Source: Azolla caroliniana (lineage: Eukaryota > Plantae > Polypodiophyta). From it: a DNA stretch of 64,000 nucleotides. The stretch covers positions 21,142,001 through 21,206,000 of the forward strand of contig JBHGNT010000007.1 in NCBI GenBank assembly GCA_043228905.1, given 5' to 3'. A program made the position numbers and the translations under genes. Below are positions 44,911-59,261 of the stretch, piece after piece (position 1 is the stretch's first letter; each line of letters starts with the position of its first letter). The notes under the pieces are model-generated. The model was not told the origin of the DNA and made no database searches. It worked only from the letters and a program-made list of their open reading frames with translations.

Positions 44911-47900
44911 GAAGGCTTGAATACTTCTTGTTGGAAGGTATGATCCATCTTTTCTGAACATGTTTTATTCTATGAATCTACGATAGGACGGAATGTTGTT
45001 GTCCAGCCGAGATTTTGAATAAATCATGTGTCAGATTTTGGGCTTCTAAGCATGGTTAGGATTGAAATGGTTATCACATTTTTCGAATGCTTAGCTTGGA
45101 TTTTTTTTTTTGAAGCACATACATAAGAGTTTCATGTGCATTCATTCGAAAGAAATCTTGAATATGCATGATTTTGTTTGATTGTATTCAAAGGAATCTC
45201 AGAGTATTGATTGCCTAGAAAACCTCAACCTCGAGAGCATTCATGATATTGTTTTCTTTCGATTGTAATTTCTAAAGGAATCCATTAGGCTAATTAAAGG
45301 CACTAATGTAAGACCTCTTTAAATTTCAGCTTTCCGAGAGATGTCGTGTCGTTGGCTCTCTTCACATTCAAACTGAACATGTGCAATATAGAGTTTTTTT
45401 TTCCGAAGACAAGATAGCTCAGGATGGCTCAAGATAGCTCAAGATGGCTCAAGGAACTTCTCATGAGCAAATGGAAGAGGTTAATTTTGAAGTAGTTATA
45501 TCTACAATGAATCAACAAGAGAGAAGCCCTTCATTTTATTTTGAGGTCTAGACTCCACACAAACTAAAGGTAATGCATAGTGTGAAAAGGTATTTTGTTT
45601 TCTTAGCAATGCGTCGAGAATGAGGAACTGGTGTATACAGTAGCTTGATTTAATAATGTTCAATCTTCGATATGATGTGTTTCGATAAGAGATCATCATA
45701 AGTTATGTAATCAAAAGCCTCAAATCGAATAATATGCATGTTTGGATCAAGGTAGGCTAAGCCTCTTATGTCACCACTTGATCTTTCGATGGTGAAGTCA
45801 TTGGGTGGATAAAAAAGGTTGTTTACAACTTATAAACCAAAAGCTTGTTTAGTCCATGCAATTACGCTTTGGTTATGATTTATCATTATTTGTTCTAGCA
45901 AAGTTCTCGCTCAAATTCCAAACATCAATATATATAGTGCCCCATTCATGCGGATGCATGATATATAGCTGCATGCATGGGGACACCCTACACATTTTTA
46001 GGGCTTCCTAGACTGTACGGTGATCCCTAAACTCATCATACACATGCTATCACATATATACAGTGTGCCACAGTTGTGTCTGCTTGGATTATCGTCATCC
46101 CACACTTTCACTGAGATTTTTTAAACTTCGAAACCATTCCAAGATATGTTTGCTCCAAAAAATCTAAAAGTTTCATCGGTAAATATGATGTTTAGTTGTT
46201 ATAATCCAAGCGATACCACTTGTTTAAGTGATGTCCATAAGTAATACTAAGAGTTTTGGGTTTTTTCCACATATCCCCCTATGGTATTAGCTTAGGTCAT
46301 TGACGATATAAGAAATTCAAGGTACTCATGCCCATTACTAGACTACAAATATATTTAAATAAGAAGCAACATTTGAAATCCCAATTAATCGACCCATTTA
46401 TCCATTTCGATTCATTTATCCATTTGTTCCTTGCGACCAGTGAGTTAATTTCATGCAAGCCACGTGACAATGTCACATTTGGTGAATGGCCAATCTTTCG
46501 TGAAATTGATGTACCCTTTTTGCATTATGGGTTGCTTTAATGTAGGTAGCAATGATCTAAAATAAAAAATAAGGAACCTCATGGATGTAAGATATCATAA
46601 ATGAAACCTTAAAAGAATGGAAATTTGGGTTAGTCTTTAACGCTTACTTTTTGTGATCTTGATTCTTGATATAACATATATTTCTTCACATTTTTGTGAA
46701 TATGGACAAACCTCTTTAAAACCTTGATTACAAACATAAGTGTTTCCTTTGGGCCATTCCCTTACCACTTCTTTTAGAACAATGAAACAAGAATTCGCAC
46801 AAACAAAGCTCATTCATCCATACAAATCCATGCACGGCATGGTGTTTTGGTCATCTAAATTAGCAATCATATCAATTCAAAGTATCGCAATCCTATTGTC
46901 TAATTCAAATCCATGTGCCATAATGTGGAATGTTTTGGTGTTTGTGGTATTGATCATATCAATTGTAAGGTAGCAGGGGATTCTATTATCTAATAAGAGA
47001 GTTTGATTGTCTAATATGAATCCATGTGCCACATGATGTGTACCGATTTTGTTGAAGGGGTGGGCTAAAATGATCTCATAAAAAAAGAGTACAAGTAACA
47101 TCTAAGACTTTTGAAAATCTACCACCACCACTTTGTAATATTTAATGAATGATTTGTCGTAGGTACTTTTAGGAAGTCTTGTGAGTCGTGCCTATCAAAT
47201 GCATAAACAAGACTATTGAATGTATATAATCAGGTATAGTTGGGCTTGCCAAAGATATTGTATATCAATCATTCTACATCCTTTAGTCAACCAATTCTTC
47301 TTTGTTATTCTCCAATCACAAATTTATATAAATACGAATGGTATTGGAGAATTCGCATAGTCTAGGAAGCATCTTCGTTCTAAAGCTTATGATGTTAAAC
47401 ATTATATTAGCACAATGTTAGAGCTTTGGAAAATACACATACCTCTTCGAGCAAACATTCTTTACCGAAGTCAAAAGCATTCATTTTAGTTATATATTGC
47501 TGAAATTGTACATTGCATATAAAGAGGGGACATTACTAATTTGCTCACATGTGAATTGAAAGCAAGTATTCTCATTGACATGTGCATGTGGACTAGAGAA
47601 CAAGTCTAGCACTTAAGACTCATTTACATGATGCATAGGTACTTGTATGGTCCTTAATATATACATTGGATGTATTTGCGGTGTATATTGAATTTGGAAT
47701 ATGAAGGCAACATGTCCTTGACCACCAACTCAAACATGGCCATTATACACATTTGATGTAGAAGCTCATGCTATTGAGTCGATGGTGCTGAGCATTGTAG
47801 TAGAAAATATCAAACACACCAGGGTTTAGGGTTTAAGCAAGGCATCCAATTTTGGCATAGCTAAAATCCACCCCTGATTGTGAACAGAAAAGCCAAGTAT

Positions 47901-48054
47901 CAAACTTGATTTATCACCATGTGTATTAATATGAGGGAAATTCACCAAGGTACCCACACTATCCGCGTTAGATTGCTTGAATACCCATCATATTTTCAAA
48001 ACTTCCCAATTTTTATAAAGCAATATCCAAAATTTAGGCTTTCACTCTCTTGAC

Positions 48055-48088
<34 letters not shown>

Positions 48089-48704
48089 TGCCTACTCTTT
48101 TTTCCTTTCCTTCTTTTTAAGAAATGCTCGAGAGAGAGAGCCCACGTAGTTGTAAGTTCACATGGTAAAGTTGTCGGATGTAGGTCAATGTTTGTCCCTG
48201 TAAGTCTTTAGTGGCATCTAGTTAAGCCATGTATGTGATGGGATTTGAGTCTGAATGTGCATGCACGATTTGGTGAGAGTTCAACTTACCATTATGCTAG
48301 GGTAAAACTCATTACAACACATACACAAAGAAGAAGAACACAACCGAGACAGAGTTACTAGAGTCATTCTTGAAACAACATGAACAGAGACAATGGCACA
48401 TCACACAATTATGAAACCAAAGACGAAACAAGAATTTCGAGAATTTCCCAAAGAAGAGAGCATCATGGGATCGGGCAACCCAAGCAACGGGTTTGAGAAT
48501 ATCCAAAAGAAGAAAGAGGATTCTGTCTGTTGTTTGGGAACCTTGACAGATGAAGGAGAGAGGAGAGGAGATGGAGGGGTAGTTTGAGGAATTATTGAAA
48601 ACAGAAGGAGAGGAGGGGAGGGTATCCTCAGAAATAGAATTTCCCTCAAAACAAATAAAAATGGCTAAAGGGCCCCACCAAAATAGAACCTTCTGTTCTC
48701 TCTC

Positions 48705-48705
<1 letters not shown>

Positions 48706-48759
<54 letters not shown>
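48706..48759. repeat. (CA)n microsatellite upstream of the OSCA gene
   Basis: Uninterrupted CA run. Confidence 0.95.
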
Positions 48760-48764
<5 letters not shown>

Positions 48765-48771
48765 ATGTGAT

Positions 48772-49035
48772 CACCTGAAGACAGGCTTATTGGAGAATTT
48801 GATCCAAATTCATCACAAATATGGTGTCCTCCTCCCCCTGAAGACAGGCTTATTGGAGAGTTTGATCCAAATTCTTCACATATATGGTCCCCTGCTCACC
48901 CTGAAGACAGGCTTAGTATTGGAGAATTTGATCCAAATTCTTCACAAATATGGTCCCCTGCTCACCCAGAAGACAGGCTTAGTATTGGAGAATTTGATCC
49001 AAATTCTTCACAAATATGGTCCCCTCCTCCTCTCC
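48772..49035 (+). repeat. 63/66-bp tandem repeat x4 overlapping the OSCA start codon
   Basis: C(T/A)GAAGACAGGCTTA(GTA)TTGGAGA(A/G)TTTGATCCAAATTC...ATATGGT occurs four times. The fourth unit supplies the main ATG at 49016. Confidence 0.93.
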
Positions 49036-52000
49036 CAGTGCTACGGCCACTGTCGCGACCCGTGTCTCTGGCCTCGCAGTCTCTGCCATGATCAACATCT
49101 TCATTGCCGTGGGTGCCGCGACCCTCTACTCTATTTTCCGGAAGCAAGCCGCCAACGCAAGGATCTATTTCTCTCGCCACGTCCTCCATGAGATAGGAGA
49201 GAGAAGAGGACTCGTGAATCGGCCCGAGAACAAGGCGTCAAATGAGCGCACGCCATCGGGTACTTCGTCTCAGCTGTCGGGATTCATTCCCTCGGCTCGT
49301 TGGGTTTGGGCTGCATGGAATCTCTCTGAAGATGAAATACTGGAGAAATCCGGTCTTGATGCAGTTGTCTTCCTCCGAATATTCCTTTTGTGGTATGTAT
49401 ACATGCATGTATTTTGTTTTGTATATTTGTATGGATATGTTTGTGTATATGTTCTTTTTCTTTATTCTGATGGATATATATATTGATTTGTTGGTCTAGG
49501 AAGTGAAGTATTATGTTTGGGATCAACCAACTTAGTGCGTTAATTTCTTCTAATCTTCACTGGAAAAATATGTTGTAGGATTTATACCTTCTCCCACCAA
49601 CCCCTAAAACCAGATGTGGATAGTTTATACTAATGCAGTTGATAAGCCTTGAATATACTAATGCAGTTGAAATTATGTTATAGCAATAATTTGACAATTT
49701 TCAAGCCGTTTAGACGTTGAATGCTCATTAGTCCTATCATGCTTTCTTTGTTTCATACAGCTTTCGCTTCTTTGGAGTCTGTACAGTAGTTGGTCTCTGC
49801 ATTTTGTTGCCCATTAATTATTTTGAAGGACATGTCGATATTACCAAGATACCGACTGATTCACTTGACAAGTTCTCAATTTCTAATGTCCTCAATAGTT
49901 CAAACCGGTAAGGGATGTTTCATTTGAATTAGAAAATAGAATTTCTTTTGTATGCAATGTCAAATGTTGAAAAGAAGTCTGTGTAGGCATTTATTCAGGG
50001 AAATTTGTATAAATAATTCGAAACATAAGCTTGCTTGTTTTTCAGAGTGACCATTTTTCAGAGTCACCAATATATGCTTTGGTAAAATAGGCCCCAAATC
50101 ACATGAAAATAATGACTAAACACATTCTTAGAACAGTCATAATGATAACCAGCAAATCATAGTCATACGTAGCGCACTTGTTATAAAAAATGATCAGCAA
50201 ATTAAGAAAAATTATGACCATAAACATTAGCCCATTTTTAGTTGGAAGAATAAGAAGCAAATCAAGATTCTAATTTGACCAATTAAGGCATTCTCAATCA
50301 ATAATGAAACCTTGTAGTTAGTGTAAGACATTTCTGAAATATAGTAAAACACTAACGTTTAATACTCTCAGTCATTTTTTAAAGGTATGAGTATGTGCAT
50401 AATCTTAAATTTTTATGTGATTATAAACCTAACTTTGATGAAGCACATATGGGTAAGACATGAAATGAACAAGGACATCCTTTGAATTTCTAATGATATA
50501 AGTATATTTTGGTTATTTTCCCCTTTATTTATGCATATATAATGTTTCAAAAATTTCATGCAGCTGGAGAATTCAAAAACTTCCAAAATATGTTTTAATT
50601 TGTTTTTTACATATAAGTTAGTATACATTGCAAATCTTTACCACAGAGCATTCAGAAATTCAAATATGTCTCTTTATTCTCTTTCAACTTGCAAAGCTGC
50701 AAGTTGATCTTCCTTGAATCTTCTTGTAGCTGAAGCCCAACATCGACAGTTTTATAGTCATGATGACGTGATGTGCCAGACTTTATGTATTAGAACAGGT
50801 TTTACCATCAAATTTGATTTCTGCTGCAATAATGTGGAAAACCTGTTTTTGCATGTACGACGCAATATAAAAAACAAACTCAAACTCAGGTTTGTACAAT
50901 GTTGAGCCTTATTAATATTTGAGGAGATAATCTATAACTCAAATGCAAATTGTAACATAAAAGTGTTGAGGAATTGCAAAATGGAGACACGTGAATGGAA
51001 TATTTCAAGTTCTATTTAAAAAGGTATTAATTCTGTCTTTGTTCAGAATAAATCATTTTTTGTATCAATGTACTACACGCAGGTGAACAAATTTGATTTC
51101 TAAACATAAAATCTTTCCTTCTTGTCAGAGTGCCTATAACATAGGAGAGAAGCTGTGGTCAAATCATCTTCAGCATTGCAAACTGTTTGCTTGTTTTCCC
51201 CAATTAGAATGGAAGTGACTAAAAATGCAGTAATACAACAATTCCGAGGGAATTTTCTAATTAATTAGTATCTTAAAATTTAGAATTTAGTTAGTACCTG
51301 GTTAACTAGTTATATGATGCTATAAATGCTTAAGAATCCAGTGACATGTTTTATCTTTAATGTCCACTTAGCATATTTAAGAAAGTATCACTTTCAAAAC
51401 ATTATTATCTATGCTAAGTGCCATTCTAATTTTCCTAACAAAATCACATAATATCACCACTTGGGCAGTTAAGATTTGAATAATGGTTGAATTCAAAGTT
51501 TTCAGTCAGAAATGCTGTTGCTCGCATATCTGAACTATTTTCCGGAGGGCAATTTTTATACTATTTCGTAACTTCAATATAAGATGATTGATATTTTTTT
51601 AGCAGTACTTTTTTACAAGGGCTTGAGTGCCACAAAATATTTGATAATTTCTGAGGTACTTTCAAAATTTTCCTTTTTCAGGCTTTGGGCTCACTTCATT
51701 ATCCTCTATTGTATGTCATTCCTGGCATATGGATTGCTATATGTGGTACACTCTCAGACCTAATCTCACAAACACCAATAGAGAAGATGGATGTGAACAT
51801 TATATTTGCCCTTTATATTCTCACGGGCCAGATTTAGTCTTAGAAGATGTTAAGATATCTTTCGTTCTTTCTAGTCTCTCCATCTCTAACCATTAGGTTT
51901 GTAAATTGGTGAAAGTGATTGATATTTGTAAAAGAAAATGAATAAAAACAATTTGGGTACATAAAAAGTCGATTACATTTACCAGTAGCAACATCTTATG

Positions 52001-55000
52001 TTTTAGAGGCTTTACAGGAATATAAAAACATCACAAGGAAAAGATTAAAATATCTACAGGGTCTCCAACCCCAGTTGGATCAATTCACTGTTCTCGTTCG
52101 TGCCATTCCAAAGTGTAAAGATCGAAGTTACGATGAGCAAGTTGAATTTTTCTTTAGTAATTACCATCGACAGACATATCTCCTTCACCACATGGTTTAT
52201 GATGATACAAAGATGCATAAAATGCTGGTAAGCTTGATGGTTCAAATAAGTTTACTTAATATTCATATGGATATAGGGACTTAGTAGTATTGTGAAGGTT
52301 TTTGAGAACTTATGCATTGAAAAACTCAAGCCAACATCCCAAAGAGAATGCTGCTCTTTTCTAGTAAGGGGTGTCGGGATTGTTTTTCAGTAGGTTCTCT
52401 CTGCATGCATGCCATAGTACTATGAGAGTCACCTTGGAGACCAGTGTGGTTTTTGTAAAAGAAATTATTTATTCATTTAAAATGGAGATTGTACAAAGAA
52501 AATTACCGTATTGCTTTGGCAGAATCATTTATTGTGCGTTGTTATATTCTGTTATGAAATCTTGAGCGAGCCAGGAAAATTATTACTCATAGATGATATT
52601 AATACAATCAAATGCTTTAAGAATATGTATTAACTCTTTTATTGTTATGAGACCTCAAACTTTGCATTGATATTTACATTTAACTCCAAGCAATTTAGAT
52701 ATATTCATGTGGTAAAGTTTTAAATAAATTAGATGTATATTTGCATAGGCTTGAGGAGGATCCTTGGTGATGGATGAAATACTGATGAAATATGTGAGAT
52801 GGAGACGAGGCAAATTTCTTGTCTATTGATCTAGGTGACATCTCTTGCTGAGTAATGTAGCACTCTTAAACCAACTTTGGCTGGGCATAACGTGCTTGGA
52901 GTTAGTGATAATCTCATCATCATGGGGATGGTGAGTTAACTGGGGTGTCAACTTGTTTTTTTTTTTATAGCTACCATTTCCAACTCATACCTTGCAAAGT
53001 CTTTCTTGTAAATTGCCATTTCCAACATGTACCAAGTTTGCATCAGGAAAAGATGGATAGTGTTGTGAATCGTGATATTTACTATTAAGATATATTTATA
53101 ATAAATACTTTGATCTCATAAGTCCTTTAGTTTTTAGTAGATGCTAAATATATCTATTTTTCGTTTTTCGCCCCCTCTGTTTCAATGTGTTTGATTCTGT
53201 TTGGTTTATCACAATTTTATGAGTATGCTAATCACAAGTCATGTATGATCTGTGCTACAAAAACACTTGATTTATATCTCAAGTCTCACACCTTTAAACA
53301 AGGGCTGTAAGGAGTTGTAAGTTGGCTATGCATAGTACTAGAATCTCATATAAAAGTTATTGAAGCTCATTAATGTGGTTTATTCACTGCATTGTTTTTA
53401 GCATACAGTTCAAGATTTGGTAAATGAGATTGAAACTTTAAAGATGATCCCAGTTCTTCTTAGAAGTCCATATAGAACAGGATTTCTAGCATGGTTCAGC
53501 CATTATGAAGATCCTCTGGATTTTAAAGTAAGGCAGCTTGAAGGTCTTCTCAAATCAATCAAGGAATCCCAAGTGGAGATTGTGAAGGTAGAAAAGGTAT
53601 GTTTTGTTATTTTCAGTAGATCTAGATAAACTGTGTGGATGTGGTAAATAATTTTAGAACTCACATTTAGTCATATACCACTTAAGATTTTAGTAGAACT
53701 GCTAAAGTAAAATACTGGATATTTTAAAATTCTATTTCTATATGAACACAAATTTAGGATATAAAAAGAAGGTTCGATATAACACAAAATTTCGAAGTTC
53801 ATTAAAGAATCCTCAATACTTTTGAACGACCAAGGAGTTTAGCATTATAGATACGAAGAAGATACATTTTATAAAATTTTAGAATAAAATTACTAAATAA
53901 TATATAGTGTGATGTGGCTCATGGTACTTGAAACAATGTATACTAGTTAACTATCTAATACGTTTCAGGAACTCCCGATATCTTTTGTATCGTTCAAAAC
54001 ACGGTGGGGTGCAACGATGGCTGCTCAAGCACAACAAACATCAAATCCTTTGCAATGGATCACCGAGTGGGCCCCTCAGCCAAGAGATGTGAATTGGAAA
54101 AATCTTGTCATACCCTATCAGAGGCTGTGGATTGTCAGACTAGTTGTCAAATTTGTTTTTTTCTGGATAATTGTTCTTTTCTTTATTCCAGCTGGGCTTG
54201 TATACACCCTTGCAACACTTCACAACTTGATGGCATGGTTCCCTTTTATAAGACAAATACTGTCAATGTAAGTAAGTTGCCACCTATGTGTTTATTTTGT
54301 ATCAGGCAACATTGTATCTCTAAGTCTCACTAGAAAACTTTTCCTTTACTGCATATGAACCCTTGTCTTTATGTTTCACAAAAAGTCTAGTTGCTCTTCA
54401 TATTTTATAGCTGATAAAAGCTATGCTGGGGCTGCATGAAAAACTCCCAATGATTTAAATATCTTCCTAGTATACATGCACTTCATTGATTTATTTGTTT
54501 TCAATGCAGTCCTGTAGTGAGCTCTTTCATAAGTGGGTATCTCCCAAGTTTGCTTCTTGCAATTATCTACTATTGTGTTCCACCTTTATTGCTATCACTC
54601 ACAAGATGGGAGGGCTATCCATCTTATAGCAGTGAAGAGAGAAAAGCAAGTGGCAAAGTATTTTTATTCTTGGTTGGGAACTCGTTTTTCCTTGTAACAT
54701 ATGGATCACTCCTCGGTTTGATCGGAAAAGTTATTGAGAGTCCCAAACAAATACCTGCTCTTCTTGGTTTTACTGTTCCAGGACAAGTAAGCATGAAAAG
54801 AATAATAAGCCACTCGGTGGTCATTTTCTTACTGATTTCAAGTATATGTTTTCTTAATAAAGTTTCAGGGGAAAACATCAAAATACCCTTCACTTGTTGG
54901 TTATTTACCAACTATAAAAATTCCAAAAATTACTGGAATAGCGCTCCTTTGTTGTAAAATTTTTACAACAAACAGGTACTAGTAATTTTTGAAAACTGCT

Positions 55001-56205
55001 GGATATTCTGGCAAATACTCCTAACAAGTTAAGTGTAATTTGGAGCTCTTCCCTAATTTTTGAACATGCATTTGTGTGAAATTTTCTTTGCTAATATTTC
55101 AGGCCAATTTCTTTATGAACTTCATTATGACCCAAGGTTGGGCAGGGCTTGCAATAGAGATTCTACAACCTGATCTACTTACATTAGGTCTCTTCATGAA
55201 ATATTTCCTACAGAAGCAGCAATATGGCCCATATGTGCAGTCTATGCAATATCATCGTATATTGCCCAATTTGTTGCTACTTATCTTCATTGGTTTTATG
55301 TACTCAATGATAGCTCCCTTGCTTATACCCTTTTTGATGATCTTCTTCATTGGTGGCTATATTGTCTATTGTAATCAGGTATGGCTTTCATTCTTTACTT
55401 TTTGAATTCGAAGCTACATACATAAGTACATATATGCATATACATATGTACATTTACGTTACAACTTATAACTATATAGCTATATCTATATCTATGTGTA
55501 TACATGCATTATAAAATCCAACTGATTATATTTGTAATGTATGCAGATAATAAATGTATATGAGCCGGCATATGAAACAGGGGGTCAATATTGGCCCCAT
55601 GTGCATAGCCGTATAATATGTGCGATATTTCTGATGCAATTAATATGTATCGGCATATTTGGGCTCAAAAACAAACCTGCTGCCTCAACGTTCTCATTCC
55701 CTCTCTTAATCATAACCCTCATGTTCAATCAGTATTGCACTCTACGTTTTACTCCCTCATTCAAGAACCTACCAATTGAGGTGCGTAATTCTCTCTAATT
55801 GTCTCTCCTCTCTCGTGATAACATGCTTGGCATTTGTTGTGTGGCAAATTGATAAGTCAAAAGGACAGTCTTAGAATTTGGTGTCTCATGAAATGAAGCA
55901 AATCCATTGTCTTCACATAAAGACATGTGTAATCAAGCAAAGAAATATGTATGTATATAATCGTCATGCAAAGACATATCTATTTATCTAGTGTCTGTGT
56001 TTTATCCGTTGTTCATCTGTCTAAACACTAGAAGATTGTATCTTTGTAGATAGTAGTGCCCAGGGATGAAGAGGAGGAGGAGAAAGGAATCAAGGAAAAC
56101 ATATTTGCATTGCTGCAGAAAGCTTACCGATGCCCTTCATTGCAGGGCATTGATGCCATCACATATGAAGACAGTTGTTGTGAACCACTATTACCTCAAC
56201 TCTAA
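49016..56205 (+). CDS. OSCA/CSC1 (ERD4/TMEM63 family) hyperosmolality-gated Ca2+-permeable channel; exons 49016-49392, 49761-49907, 51682-51745, 52018-52227, 53402-53596, 53969-54267, 54510-54786, 55103-55378, 55547-55780, 56050-56205
   Basis: Motifs LYSIFRKQ, GLDAVVFLRIF, LDKFSISNV, RLWAHF, QFTVLVRAIP, FVSFKTRWGA..AAQ, WITEWAPQPRDVNW, SGYLPS, GQANFFMNF, APLLIPF and VYEPAYETGGQYWP. Introns are GT-AG and in phase. Confidence 0.94.
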
Positions 56206-57896
56206 AAGGATTTTATGGACCTTACGAAGAAATTCTCAAGGATATTAGTCACTTGTAAATAGGATATCTTGTACCAAGGTGGGGAAAATGTATAGTTCTG
56301 TGTGTTAATCTATCAAGGTTATTTGTGATTTATGCAATTTATGGAAATGTCGATTTGTGCTACAAATCTTTGATCAATTCTATGCACATTTTGGTGTGTC
56401 TGAAAAGGCTGAATGTAGCCAATAAAGGAAAAAAAGATTTATCAGAAGTTTGTGGAAGTTTCCTTTGTTTCATGATGATGTGGCATGTGCAGATAGATGG
56501 GTTTGATGAATTTAATACAGCTTAAATGAGTCAAATCACTGGCCTCTTACTTTAACATTAATGACTAACTCAGTTTCTTTTGGAAATTTTCTCTGTTGGG
56601 AGAGACCTTCCACCCTGTCCTTTAATGTACTCAATGATGTATCAAGCATCATCTTCTTCATAGATTTGAGTGTTAAAGAATCCTTAGGTTTGAGCCCGAA
56701 CTCAAGTTTTTGTTTTTCTTGCAGATTAGTAGCAACTACAACCTGACTCATTTGGGAAAAAACCCATTTTAATGAAGTATGTCGAGTCAAACAGAGAACT
56801 AGGTACTTGAAAAATGAAAGACATTTGGAGTGGAGATTCTCTCTGAAATGACAAGCACTTCATTCTGCGAGTTATTCATTATATCGACTAAATGACGTTG
56901 ATGAGTCTATTTTGTTGAATGGTTTCCCTCGACCAAAATCTGTTGTTACTGATCAGGAAGTGCTTTCTGGACAAAGAAACCACTTCTGATTGACAGCAGT
57001 TTCTGGACGAAGAAAGCTCACTACTATATGACCCGGAATCTATATTATTATTATTTAACCCTGAGAGGGTTTACAAACAAGGTCTACAATTCTTAGTTTA
57101 ATCTCAGTTATAGACTAAATCCACATAAACATAAAGAGGAATATATTGCATAGTATTACTGCAAAATGATGCTTCAAAAAACAAACCAATATAATACATA
57201 CATACGTACACACATACATGCACACTGATGTTTACTAGACTCTATAGTTTTAGTAAAATCATCACTAAAACTACGATGCATAAAGTACTGATCATACATT
57301 GAAGCGATGAAGCTTTCTCTCTGACATGACGACCAAGAACTACTGTCGCTGAGGTTTGATCGTCTCTTCTGTACAAAAATGCAAAGCTTACCCCAACATT
57401 CAAGGATAATGGACACAGAAACTTAGATTAAACAAATTAAATTCCACTCTAATTAGCAAATTTATATCACTGCAGCTGTTAGATACCATCAAAAGAATTC
57501 TATCTATATAGTAATTGTTTTTTCATCAGATGTTTCTATCCGTAGACATTACAATTTTTGTTGTAAACCCTAATAGATTTATCTAATTATGCGACGTGTC
57601 TCAGCTGTACATAGGAAGCTATTATTTGGCCTAGTATAGAAGATTATTCTCGAGATACATGAACGATAGGATCCATTAAAACAAACAACTCTCGCAATAA
57701 TGATATCCTCAACGCTCTTGCCAAAATTTCTTGCCATTTTGATGTTGCTTCTCTGGTCATTTCTTTACGATCTGCTGTTATGTTAAATGCTAATAAAAGT
57801 GCCCTCAAAGACCTAATTACCAAAACAGTTGCTGCCACTCTCTTGTTTCTCCATGATCTGCTATAATAATGCACTCGGAAGGTTAATGGCGCTTCT

Positions 57897-59261
57897 CTAG
57901 GCACGAATGATAAGCATGTAATATTGTACTATCACTAGACCAGTCGTGGCCTCTAGTACTGAGGAAGAACCGAGTAGTGATTTTGATGATGCACCAGAAC
58001 TACAATCATTTCGATTATGATCATCATTATCATTCATGTCTTTGCAGTGAGGAGGTCCAGCTGCCGCTTGTGAAGAAAGAGCAGATGCAGATGGTTCAGT
58101 GGCTTCCTGGCTGGGGTTAGACGAAGAATCCGGAGCACTCGTACTAATAACATTGCCACTTGACGCAGAAGAGGAAGCATTATTGTTCGAATTATTAACT
58201 GGTATGGCAGCGGATGAAGAAGAAGCATTGCTGTTGGAATTGCTAACTGGTGTATTAGTAGTAGAGGAAGAAGAATTCACTGTTATAATGGATCCAGAAC
58301 TTATGGTTGTTGGTGGAGAATTCGGAACTAGTATTGCGGTTGCGGTACTATTGCATGACGTTGCTGAAGAACAGTTGTTCGGTGGAGAAGACGAAGAAGA
58401 CGAAGTGATATTGCTACTGTTTAATGGCGATGGAGAGCTTATAATAACACTGCCGTTTGATGATGGCAGTAAAGGGGGAGCATTAGTACCTACATTTCGT
58501 GCACTAGAATTACTGTTCACGATACTTCCTGATGCTGATGATGACGATGATGGTGGAGGGAAGGCTATGGGTTTGATTTGGCCAAACACTGTAGAATTCA
58601 TCACTCCATTCAGACCATGAACAGCAACGTTGCTCGCTAGCAATATATTAGGATACGAAATACGCACATCATCAACAGTGAAATTATCAGTTGAATTGTT
58701 GGTAACCATGACCGTGGAATTGATGAGAAGAGTTGGAAGAATTTGGCCCGTTGGAAGTTGTTGCAAATCGAGGAAAGAGAATTGCTGTGTAAGAACATGG
58801 TATTGAAACACAGGAAGCCATGTTTCTGGTCTTAAACTCAAAAGGGAAGACATTACTTCTCCATCCATAGGAACTAGCAAAGTGCTACTCTCAGGAAGAA
58901 CGTGTTTTAAATCCAGGGTATCAAGAAATGTTGCAATCATGTTGTAATGCCCTTTCTTCCTTAGAGCTTCGATCATCTGTTCATCACTCATTCTTCCTGC
59001 AGGGCCATAATTTGCTGAAGAAATTCTCCTTAGAATACTTTGATCATGATCCACCATTGTAACAAACTTGTCTGAAGATTTAACTATATTTCTTTCATAA
59101 CGATCGGGTGTTGAAACGAACTCACGATCAGATGGTGTAGTTATATTACTTTGATCTGCCAATACATTCATAATTTGGGCTGTAGACTGATCAATAACGT
59201 TGACGATGAGCCACAACATAATCGCAAAAAGTTTCAGAAAAGCTACGAGCGCCATAATCAT
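57897..59261 (-). CDS. Fasciclin-like (single FAS1 domain) secreted protein with Ser/Asn/Pro-rich tail
   Basis: Hydrophobic N-terminal signal; FAS1 motifs STLLVPMD, FQYHVL, LPTLL and VAVHGLNGVM; low-complexity S/N/P region; hydrophobic C-terminus (possible GPI signal). Confidence 0.85.
   Translation of the reverse strand: MIMALVAFLKLFAIMLWLIVNVIDQSTAQIMNVLADQSNITTPSDREFVSTPDRYERNIVKSSDKFVTMVDHDQSILRRISSANYGPAGRMSDEQMIEALRKKGHYNMIATFLDTLDLKHVLPESSTLLVPMDGEVMSSLLSLRPETWLPVFQYHVLTQQFSFLDLQQLPTGQILPTLLINSTVMVTNNSTDNFTVDDVRISYPNILLASNVAVHGLNGVMNSTVFGQIKPIAFPPPSSSSSASGSIVNSNSSARNVGTNAPPLLPSSNGSVIISSPSPLNSSNITSSSSSSPPNNCSSATSCNSTATAILVPNSPPTTISSGSIITVNSSSSTTNTPVSNSNSNASSSSAAIPVNNSNNNASSSASSGNVISTSAPDSSSNPSQEATEPSASALSSQAAAGPPHCKDMNDNDDHNRNDCSSGASSKSLLGSSSVLEATTGLVIVQYYMLIIRA

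Noticed and set aside
46700-47400. Possible minus-strand LINE remnant
   Set aside because: Only faint motif resemblance with many stops; not supportable by eye.
47820-47837. Telomere-like AGGGTTTAGGGTTT
   Set aside because: Only two units, too short to call an interstitial telomere.
48595-49191. 198-aa ORF with LKTGLLENLIQILHKYG repeats
   Set aside because: It stays open because the repeat units are multiples of 3 and it crosses a CA microsatellite. It overlaps OSCA out of frame and has no recognisable domain.
56536-57416. Short minus-strand ORFs between OSCA and the fasciclin gene
   Set aside because: No recognisable motifs; likely UTR or intergenic sequence.
58099-58620. 173-aa acidic/Leu-rich plus-strand ORF
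   Set aside because: Antisense shadow of the Ser/Asn-rich tail of the fasciclin-like gene.
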